From an uncultured Pseudobdellovibrionaceae bacterium (GTDB lineage: Bacteria > Pseudomonadota > Alphaproteobacteria > Micavibrionales > Micavibrionaceae): a stretch of 64,000 nt of DNA. Below the pieces are notes generated by a model. That model made no database searches. It saw only the letters and a list, made by a program, of their open reading frames with translations, and was not told the origin of the DNA. Where the stretch lies: positions 40,946 to 104,945 of the forward strand of contig CAZLPZ010000001.1 in assembly GCA_964561535.1 (NCBI GenBank). Direction: 5' to 3'. Of the stretch, positions 18,129 through 27,100 are shown piece after piece. The stretch's first letter is position 1. Each line of letters opens with the position of its first letter. The translations under genes and the position numbers were made by a program.

Positions 18129-18872
18129 CTAAGGCTTTAATGGTTTAAGCGGTACAATTCGCCACAATAATCGTGGATCCCCCTCTCGATCCCCCAATCC
18201 TTGAGCCGCAATATATATTTTCATATTTTTGTTTGAATTTTGAATAGCCAAAATATCCCGAATTTGGCGTGCATATTGTAAGGCCGACATAACACTTTCA
18301 GAAAACCCATCTTGAGCCCGCCATTCAACCTGAATTTCAATATCATTCGGGACCGCCTCGAAAATACTTGTTATATTTCGGAGAATATCTTGAGTGTTTT
18401 CAGAAAATTCAAGCCGGCCATTGTTAAAAGGAATAACCGACAACGGCAACGCCAACAGAACCGAATCGTTTTTTAAAATGACAGATAATTTTTTAAGACC
18501 TGGAATACTTTCTCGCTTTGATTCAATAATTTGTGTTAAATACCCAACATCCAAGCCTTGGCTATACCGCGTCCGAGGCAATGGCAAGGAATCCGAATCG
18601 CCCATTTTGGAAACAGCCCCATCAAAAGATTTTCCTTGTTGCCCTTCAAGCCCACCCAGTTTCTTTGCCTTTGGAATACCATGGTCTGACATCGCAAACA
18701 TCATTACAAAAAATGTCAGCATTAATGCCATAATATCTGTAAAAGATACCATCCATGTCTTATTGCTGCCATACGTTCCACCAAGTGACCGGTGAGAAAC
18801 AAATAAGGGGGGCGGAGGCGGTGGCGCCTGAACAGCCTTAAATTTTGATTTAACTTTCCAAGGGGCGGGCAT
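18129..18872 (-). CDS. MotB-like bitopic membrane protein with a degenerate OmpA-like C-terminal domain
   Basis: WMVSFTDIMALMLTFFVMMFAM matches the MotB transmembrane/plug signature, including the conserved Asp. The start overlaps the upstream stop (TAATG). Confidence 0.65.
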   Translation of the reverse strand: MPAPWKVKSKFKAVQAPPPPPPLFVSHRSLGGTYGSNKTWMVSFTDIMALMLTFFVMMFAMSDHGIPKAKKLGGLEGQQGKSFDGAVSKMGDSDSLPLPRTRYSQGLDVGYLTQIIESKRESIPGLKKLSVILKNDSVLLALPLSVIPFNNGRLEFSENTQDILRNITSIFEAVPNDIEIQVEWRAQDGFSESVMSALQYARQIRDILAIQNSNKNMKIYIAAQGLGDREGDPRLLWRIVPLKPLKP

Positions 18873-19546
18873 TATTTATTCCCCTGATCCAATGGTCGAA
18901 TCATCAAAGTCACAACACCGGGATGCCCCACTCCCACGCCCACTTGCAGGCGATCACTGGGAAGTCCCGATTGTATAAAGACGCTGGCCCATTTTAATAA
19001 AAAAAGATCATATATCGATGATATTGTTGATGATTTACCAGATAGCCTGTCATCCGTTTCAGGCCGCTCATTCACCTGAATCGTCACCTGATATGATTTC
19101 CGTGTCGGGTCCGCCAAAAAGGAAATAAGCGTTTGAATCACTGGACTTATGCCATCCGTTCCAGATAGCCCCGTCATGCTGTTCATTTCATTAATTGGGA
19201 TATCAATTTGCAGCTGACCCGTATTGCGAACTAAAACCGCGCGAATTCCGGGGACTTCATTCTGAAATGAACCGGCGATATCTTGTAATGATGTCCCCTG
19301 CCCAGCACGACTAATAGGGGATTTAATAAAGGAGGCACCCGACCCCTCCAAGACAACAACATCCGGCACACCAAACGCCTCGCGTACACTTTCAAATACA
19401 GCGTCGCTGTTTTTTAAAAAAACACCCGCCATCCCGGACAGCATCATAAAAAATGAGAGCAGAATAACAAACAGCGCAAGCGCCGTCATTTGGGACGCTT
19501 CGCCTGAAAATCCAAAATCACGTCGATGTCGCCTAGTTGATAACAT
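18872..19546 (-). CDS. second MotB/OmpA-like bitopic membrane protein
   Basis: Single N-terminal TM helix (MTALALFVILLSFFMMLSGMAG). The C-terminal part loosely resembles an OmpA-like fold (QLQIDIPINEMN...YQVTIQV...). Translationally coupled to the next gene. Confidence 0.5.
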   Translation of the reverse strand: MLSTRRHRRDFGFSGEASQMTALALFVILLSFFMMLSGMAGVFLKNSDAVFESVREAFGVPDVVVLEGSGASFIKSPISRAGQGTSLQDIAGSFQNEVPGIRAVLVRNTGQLQIDIPINEMNSMTGLSGTDGISPVIQTLISFLADPTRKSYQVTIQVNERPETDDRLSGKSSTISSIYDLFLLKWASVFIQSGLPSDRLQVGVGVGHPGVVTLMIRPLDQGNK

Positions 19547-19774
19547 GAAATACTCGTTTGAGTTTTAAATATTTACTTTAAAAATTTTATAGTAATTCTA
19601 CTAGAGAACAAAAGACGCCGCGAGCCCCCCTGTAAGGGAGAAGATGGGAGACCTTCAGAAAGGACCCGGATTTTCGAGTTTTGAATAAAACACCTAAAAG
19701 AGCAAGGCCATTTTGAATTTTTTCTTGAATAACCTCGAACAGGTTTGTTGCTCAAGCGTCATGTGGTTTTTCCT

Positions 19775-21124
19775 TTAATTTACTTTCACGCGAGCTTTTG
19801 CGTGCAGCAAAATTGGTTTTGCAGGATAGACACCATAGTTGAACACAATTTTAGTTTGCCCGTTTGGCGTAGTTGCCGTGTCAAACAATTCATATTTGCT
19901 AAAGAGCGCCCCAAGTATCATTTTAATGATCGGAACCGACAAATGAATTCCTAAACAAGTGCGCGGCCCCCCCCCAAAGGGAAGATGGTATTTTGATTTT
20001 GTTTTTTCTGGGTTTTCCGGATCAAATCGTAAGGGATCAAATGCTTGAGGATTTGGCCAAAATTGTGGATGGCGATTGGCGAAATAGCGTAACAGCAGAA
20101 ATGTCGATTTCTTAGGAAACGCGTAATCATCTATTTCAAAAGGCTGTTGATTATAGCGAATATTACCCCAGAATGTTGGATAAAGGCGCATAGTTTCTTT
20201 AATAATGGATTCAAAATAGATCAGAGATTTTGATGCTTCATACCCAACCATTTCTTCATCTGGCGCAACCAAACTAAGTTCTGTAATCATTTTTCGGCAA
20301 ACATCAGGATGACAAGACAATTGGTAGGCTGTCCATGTTAATGGTGTGGCGATGGCACTGGCACCCAAAAATACGGCTAACATCTGGTCAGTAATTTCTT
20401 TTTCACTCCAAGGACGGAGCGATTCAATATCCTCCACAGCAAGTAAATGATCGAGGTAATCTCCGGGTTTAGCCTGGTTGCCACGACGTTTAGCAATTAA
20501 ACTTGCGCAGAAATCTCTTAATTTTTTAGACTCAAATTTAAAATTGAGATTACTTGGAGTAGGTATCCATAGTGGTATTTGCTCAGGCATCCCATTTTCT
20601 AAATGCGTAACATTTTCGGTTACAGTATCAAGATCCTTATCGCTAAGCTGTTCAGAGAAAAACATCCGCAAAGAAAAATCGATCGTGCATCGGCGCATTT
20701 CCAAATGAATGTCAAATCGCGTATCCGTGTCCTTGTAATGCTCAACTTTTTTAAGGAGTCGCTTTACCGCTGGGAGAATATGATCAAGAAAAGCGCTATA
20801 ATTTTTCGTTAAAAATGGTGGACTCATGACTGTGCGCTTGTTTTTCCAATGATTACCAACGTCAGCAATTAGACTATCGCGCATTAACCAATCTTCACGG
20901 GGCATCAAGCCTGGTGGCTTGCTAATTCCAACAATCGGATCATTAAAGAAACCTATAATTAACTCCGGCGACATCACACAATAAATATGCTTTGGAAGTT
21001 CTGTCTTTAACTCCAATACTGGTGATTTCGTTTCATCGAATATTTTTGAAATTTTATCCATCAAATCAGAGATCGATGAAAGTATAATCGAAACCCTCAG
21101 ACTAGGTATTTTTTTCGGCATCAA
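19775..21124 (-). CDS. cytochrome P450
   Basis: Heme-binding loop FGGGPRTCLG, EXXR motif (ETMRLYP) and an I-helix-like FLGASAIATP. Confidence 0.9.
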   Translation of the reverse strand: MMPKKIPSLRVSIILSSISDLMDKISKIFDETKSPVLELKTELPKHIYCVMSPELIIGFFNDPIVGISKPPGLMPREDWLMRDSLIADVGNHWKNKRTVMSPPFLTKNYSAFLDHILPAVKRLLKKVEHYKDTDTRFDIHLEMRRCTIDFSLRMFFSEQLSDKDLDTVTENVTHLENGMPEQIPLWIPTPSNLNFKFESKKLRDFCASLIAKRRGNQAKPGDYLDHLLAVEDIESLRPWSEKEITDQMLAVFLGASAIATPLTWTAYQLSCHPDVCRKMITELSLVAPDEEMVGYEASKSLIYFESIIKETMRLYPTFWGNIRYNQQPFEIDDYAFPKKSTFLLLRYFANRHPQFWPNPQAFDPLRFDPENPEKTKSKYHLPFGGGPRTCLGIHLSVPIIKMILGALFSKYELFDTATTPNGQTKIVFNYGVYPAKPILLHAKARVKVN

Positions 21125-21169
21125 AAAAGTTCCTTTCTATTTTAATACACTGCAATTCTATCATATCAC

Positions 21170-23827
21170 TCACGCCATGAGAAATCCCTTTAACGCTGCC
21201 GATAATTTTTGCGCCGTCGCCTGCGCTTCCGCTCGACGCGCATGTTGTTCGGCGATTACATCTTCAGGGGCTTTTTTCACAAATTCGTCATTTGATAATT
21301 TTTGATCAATTTTGCGAACATCCCCTTCCAACCGGGCGATTTCCTTTTTCAGGCGCGCACGTTCACGATCAAGGTCAATGATATCGGCAATCGGCAAGGC
21401 GTACGTCACACCGTTAACAACCATTTGAACAGCCCCCTTGGGCATTACATCCACATATTCGACAGCCTCAACCCGCGCCATACGTGCCAATAATTCAGCA
21501 TAACGATTAAGGAAGTCGCGCGTATCGATGGATGGGTCCCGCACCGCCAACCGTGTCTTGGCGGACGCCGGCACATTCATATCCATCCGCACCGAACGAA
21601 TTTCAGTGATCAAGTTTTTCAACCCCTCGATCTCGGCCCGCGCATTTGAATCATGCGGCAAGGCGGACGCATCGATCCACCGGTTCGTCATTAACAATTC
21701 CCCCGCCGGGCGGGGCGATAACTGCGCGTACAATTCTTCCGTGATATAGGGCATAAACGGATTAAGGATATGCAAGATCTGATCGAGCACATAGGCGGTG
21801 GTCACCCGCACCTCGGTCTTGGCGGCCACGTCACCCTCGCCCATCAACACAGGTTTCGTGAATTCCAGATACCAATCACAGAACGTCCCCCATACAAAAC
21901 CGTACACAATCGATGTGGCGTCATTGAACCGATAGGTTTCAAGCGCCGCCGCCGTATCACGCGCTGTGTCAGAAAGGGCCGAGAGAACCCATTTATTCAA
22001 GGTATGCGTGACCGTTTGAGGGTCAAAACCCGAGACGACGTTACATTCATTCATCTGGCAATATCGCGCCGCGTTCCACAATTTTGTCGCAAAATTGCGG
22101 TACCCTTCTACGCGTTCTGGGGCCAATTTAATATCGCGGCCTTGGGCGGTATAAGCCAGCAAGGTAAAGCGCAATGCGTCCGTGCCATATTGATCGACGA
22201 TATCCAGCGGATCAACGACGTTGCCCTTGGTCTTGGACATTTTCTGCCCTTGAGCATCGCGCACCATACCGTTAAAATAAACTGTTTTAAAGGGAACATC
22301 ATCCATAAAATGAAGACCCATCATCATCATCCGGGCCACCCAGAAAAAAATAATATCAAACCCCGTAACGAGAACATCGCCCGGATAATATTTTTCAAGA
22401 TCCGGCGTTTGATCGGGCCACCCGAGGGTCGAGAACGGCCACAGGGCCGACGAAAACCACGTATCCAGAACATCCGGATCGCGCGTCAACGTCACGCGAC
22501 GACCATAATGTTTATCGGCCTGGGCTTGCGCTTCGGCTTCACTTTCGGCCACGAACACGTCTGTGCCTTCACCGTACCACGCCGGAATTTGATGCCCCCA
22601 CCAAATTTGACGCGAGACACACCACGGTTGAATATTATTCATCCATTCAAAGAATGTGTTTTCGGCATATTGCGGCACCAATTTTGTGCGTCCGGTTTTC
22701 ACCGCATCAATCACAGGTTTGGCCAACGTCGCCGCGTCTACATACCATTGATCCGTCATCCAAGGTTCAAGGACTACCGATTTTGTTTTCTCATCATAAG
22801 GGACGCTGTGGGTGATATCATCGGTTTTGACCAATAAATCATCCTGTTCCAACGCGGCCAGGATTTTCTTGCGCGCGTCAAACCGGTCAAGCCCCACATA
22901 ATCATCAGGGCCGTTTTCGTTAATACACGCGTTTTTATCAAACACGTTGATCATCGCTAATTTATGGCGTTTCCCAATATCAAAATCATTAAAATCATGG
23001 GCCGGCGTCACCTTCATCGCGCCAGTGCCAAATTCACGGTCGACATATTCGTCGGCAATAATCGGGATCAACCGCCCCACAATCGGCAACACCGCAAATT
23101 TTCCAATCACATCCGCATAGCGCTCATCTTCCGGATGCACGATGATCGCGGTGTCCCCCAGCATCGTTTCGGGGCGTGTCGTGGCTATTGTGATAAAGCG
23201 TTCGGTAGTCCCCTCGACCGGGTATTTGATATACCACATATGGCCTTTTTGTTCACGGAGTACAACTTCCAAATCCGAGAGCGCCGTATGCATTTTCGGA
23301 TCCCAATTAACCAGTCGTTGCGCGCGGTACAGTAATCCCTGTTGGTGCAACGTCACGAAAACTTTACGGACCGCACGCGACAATCCATCATCCATCGTAA
23401 ATGCTTCGCGTGACCAATCGCACGTCGCGCCTAACCGCCGCAATTGTTTAAAAATATTTCCGCCAGATTCAGCCTTCCATTCCCACACTTTCTTAATGAA
23501 ATCGTCACGCGTGAAATCGGTACGCGTTTGGCCATTCTCACGCAGCTTGCGCTCAACAACTAATTGGGTCGCAATGCCGGCATGATCCGTCCCCGGCAAC
23601 CACAATGCATCGCGCCCCGTCATACGATGATAGCGGGTTAACGTATCTTGAATCGTCATGGTCAAGGCATGACCGATATGCAACGACCCCGTCACATTCG
23701 GGGGTGGCATCATAATCACATGCGGCGCGGCATTGCCCGCCGGATTGGCCGTAAATGCGCCGGACTTTTCCCATGCTTCATAATGCTTTTGTTCGATGTG
23801 GGATGGTTCAAATGTTTTATCGAGCAT
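21170..23827 (-). CDS. valS: valine--tRNA ligase
   Basis: PPPNVTGSLHIGHAL (HIGH), KMSKTKGN (KMSKS) and a C-terminal coiled coil. Confidence 0.97.
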   Translation of the reverse strand: MLDKTFEPSHIEQKHYEAWEKSGAFTANPAGNAAPHVIMMPPPNVTGSLHIGHALTMTIQDTLTRYHRMTGRDALWLPGTDHAGIATQLVVERKLRENGQTRTDFTRDDFIKKVWEWKAESGGNIFKQLRRLGATCDWSREAFTMDDGLSRAVRKVFVTLHQQGLLYRAQRLVNWDPKMHTALSDLEVVLREQKGHMWYIKYPVEGTTERFITIATTRPETMLGDTAIIVHPEDERYADVIGKFAVLPIVGRLIPIIADEYVDREFGTGAMKVTPAHDFNDFDIGKRHKLAMINVFDKNACINENGPDDYVGLDRFDARKKILAALEQDDLLVKTDDITHSVPYDEKTKSVVLEPWMTDQWYVDAATLAKPVIDAVKTGRTKLVPQYAENTFFEWMNNIQPWCVSRQIWWGHQIPAWYGEGTDVFVAESEAEAQAQADKHYGRRVTLTRDPDVLDTWFSSALWPFSTLGWPDQTPDLEKYYPGDVLVTGFDIIFFWVARMMMMGLHFMDDVPFKTVYFNGMVRDAQGQKMSKTKGNVVDPLDIVDQYGTDALRFTLLAYTAQGRDIKLAPERVEGYRNFATKLWNAARYCQMNECNVVSGFDPQTVTHTLNKWVLSALSDTARDTAAALETYRFNDATSIVYGFVWGTFCDWYLEFTKPVLMGEGDVAAKTEVRVTTAYVLDQILHILNPFMPYITEELYAQLSPRPAGELLMTNRWIDASALPHDSNARAEIEGLKNLITEIRSVRMDMNVPASAKTRLAVRDPSIDTRDFLNRYAELLARMARVEAVEYVDVMPKGAVQMVVNGVTYALPIADIIDLDRERARLKKEIARLEGDVRKIDQKLSNDEFVKKAPEDVIAEQHARRAEAQATAQKLSAALKGFLMA

Positions 23828-23866
23828 TTTTTTACTTTCAATAAGAGCATAGTTATTAGGTCTTTA

Positions 23867-23888
23867 TACTTAAGATAATTATCTTAAG
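23867..23888. promoter_or_regulatory. perfect 22-bp palindrome ACTTAAGATAATTATCTTAAGT (candidate operator)
   Basis: Self-complementary over all 22 positions. Located in the 288-bp AT-rich divergent region between valS and the adhesin gene. Confidence 0.5.
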
Positions 23889-24115
23889 TCAAGGACATAC
23901 TATATATAAAGGCAGAACAGAAGGAATACCAGACCCGATCATACAGGAATAAAAAAGAGACAAAATGAGATATTTCAATATTTAACTAATTTTTATGGTT
24001 ATTCATATTAATATAGAAATACACATTCGCAGAATATTAAGGATAATAGGATTTAATGGTGGCAACCCCAAAGAAAATACCACCATATTGAATACCTTTA
24101 AAGATTGGACATAAT

Positions 24116-27100
24116 ATGACTATATCCTCTTCTACTCCCGCTTCAGTATCGGTGTCGACTTCCGGTGCCTCCTCTCATGACGGGCGTGTTTTTGAGGGAA
24201 AAAATAATGAAAAATCTGAACTTTCTCAATCCATTACACCCATAACCCTCTTAAGCGAAGACCGGATCCTTGAACAAAATAATACGCTTATCTTATCAAC
24301 CTCCCGGACCGACGCCCTTCAGGACGGGCAAAATTTATGGATTGATGCAAAAATCGCAAATACCCCTAAAATAGACATCACGGATATCCAGCTCCGTGAT
24401 CACTCAGACCCTCTGACACTTATCACAGCCCTAAAAATTGCCGGTGATATCCCCTCCAATCTCGATGATATTTTAGAAAATCTAACATCCCTCACACCCA
24501 ACATCACCCCTGCCGCCGGGACTGGTATTGTGGTCGATTCCCCGAATGCGGCAGATATGCTCGCCCTTCAAGATATTCTTGCGAATATGGAGCCAGCTTC
24601 AGGAGACAGCGGTTCTTCTGGCCCTAAAAACAGTTCGGGGTTTAACAGCAACGTTGACCCTGCTATTTTACTGGGCCTGGACCGGTTGGGTGCTATTCTT
24701 GCAACCGCGGGTCTTTATGGCCTGGACGGTGAATCAGATCGCCGATTTGAATCGGATCTCAATTTAAGAAACATCCCTGAATTAACTTCGATCAATGACA
24801 CCGATTTATTTGATGGATTTATTGGCGTATCTGGTCAAGGAAATATCCTGGATAATGACACGACAACATCTGGCGGTTTAGTTTTAAAAACAATCCTGTT
24901 CAATAATGTTATCCATGACGTTCCAAGTACAGGACCTTTAGAAATTGTCGGAACCATGGGAGTTTTAAGTATCCTTGCGACGGGGGATTATACTTATACC
25001 CCCTTGAATGCTTCAGATATTGGCACAGATATTAGCGGCGTTGATTTATTTACCTATACAGCCAGTGATGCTGCAGGGCTTACCTCGACCGCAACTTTGG
25101 CGATTACCGTTCAAGACAGCATCCCCGTTGCCCTAGATGATATCATTACAGCGGATCATATGAATTTAGTGCGTTCAGGGAATTTAATATCGGGTGATCA
25201 AGGTGGTAACGGCCCCCTGCATATCGCGACGATCAATGGCCAACCGATCCCAATCAATGGATTGACCATAGATAACCCTGCGTTGGGATACCAATTAATA
25301 ATCCAAACCGATGGATCATATACTTTAACCGCCGATAATTTACGGACAGGCACAGACACCCTAACATACACGACAGTTGATCGAGATGGGGATCCGTCAG
25401 GTACCGCAACAATCGCCCTCAACTTCAGCGATACGGCGCCCATCGTCACTTCAAAAATTATTTCCTCCACAAATATGAATTTGGTCAGCGAGGGCGAATT
25501 AATTACCGGGGCCGATGTCATTCCAGACGGAGGCGCCCACATCGCGATACTGGGCGGCGTTACCCTTCCTCCCAGTGGATCATGGATCATGGATACAGTT
25601 GATTATACCCTCACCGTATCTGAAAGCGGTCATTTCCGATTGGAAGGTAAAAACGGCCACACGACGACGAACGTGACAATCCCCTTTACAATCGCCGACA
25701 GTGACGGTGATTTATCAAACACCGTCAACATTACTTTAAGTGTTGCCGACGCGCTTCCCATAGCTGTGGCTTCTGGAATCGATCTTCAAGGACATCTCGA
25801 TATCGCCACACAAATGATTTCTGGAAATTATACAGGCGCCATTAATCTTACTTCTCATGGCGACGCCATTGAAAGATTTACACTAGACTCTTCGGCTGTC
25901 GGATCATTTGGGTCAATCACCCTCAATGAAAATGGCACCTGGAGTTATGCCCTGAATGCAAGTAAAACCCTATTAACAAGCGGCGTTGAACTTGTCGAAA
26001 ATTTTACCTATACCGTCACAGATGCGGATGGCGATACATCAACATCGAATATCTCTGTCCGGATTGGATCTGACGGAACATGGGAAGTGGCTAATCTCCT
26101 TCCCATTGCGGCGGATGGTCCCGGCGGCACGTCTATTGGAGAGGTAGCTATTTCCGGAAATATTATTTCCAGTTTAGTCACAAGCGGCAACGGCGTAAAA
26201 ACAATTACAAGCATCAATATCAACGGTGGGCCTGCGCTGACCGTATCGGCCACAGACACGACCCACGAGGGAACTTTTGGTCGCCTGACCATTCGGGGCG
26301 ACGGCACTTATCGTTATGTGGGTAAAGACGATTTAGTTGGCCCCGAAACAATAACCTATACCGTCCGCGATGCCGATGGCGATACCGATACCGGTATCCT
26401 AACTCTCGCCGCGCATGACCACGCCCCAACAGCCGTTGCTGATACGGCAAGCGTTCAAGGAACACTTAATATTGATACACAAATGGTCACAAGAACATTA
26501 ACGGTTACGGCTGCAAACGGCGTTCTGGCCAACGATACAGATGGCGACGGCATCAAAACAGTTGTCACAACGACCGTGATTGGAACATTTGGCACCCTGA
26601 CCTTAAGTGCAGATGGCTCGTATACGTATAATTTAAATGCCTCAAAGTTAGCCCTTCAAGGGTCACCATCCGAATCTTTTTCCTATACGATGCGCGACGC
26701 CGATGGCGATACCTCGACCGCAACCTTATCGATCGGAATTTCACCTGACGGCACCTGGTCAACGACAAATCAACTCCCTCTTGCAAACGCAGATACGAAT
26801 GCATCAACCGCCGAATCAACCGTCAATGGGAACGTCATTACAACTGGACCAGGTGCCGATCAACTCGGTGACGGCCAATTACGTGTTGTTGATGTAAGAC
26901 TTGGTTCTGGAGCCCCTGTAATAGTTGGGACGGGGGTTATCCTTGATGGGACGAATGGCCGGCTTATTTTAAACTCGGACGGGTCTTATGCCTATCGTGG
27001 CTTTGATGACCGAAATGGAACCGACACATTTACGTATACGATTATGGATCGCGATGGAGATAAATCGAGCACAACCCTGACCTTAAACGCCAGTGATGCG

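Noticed and set aside
14759-19546. Zorya-type (ZorAB) anti-phage system, suggested by the MotB-like proteins
   Set aside because: There is no MotA/ZorA-like pentameric channel gene and no ZorC, ZorD or ZorE-type partners. The large gene is a secreted TPR protein rather than a cytoplasmic nuclease or helicase.
21770-22837. 355-aa ORF on the plus strand
   Set aside because: It lies entirely antisense to valS, whose HIGH and KMSKS motifs and full length are unambiguous. The translation is Arg/His/Pro/Ile-rich low-complexity sequence typical of an antisense shadow ORF.
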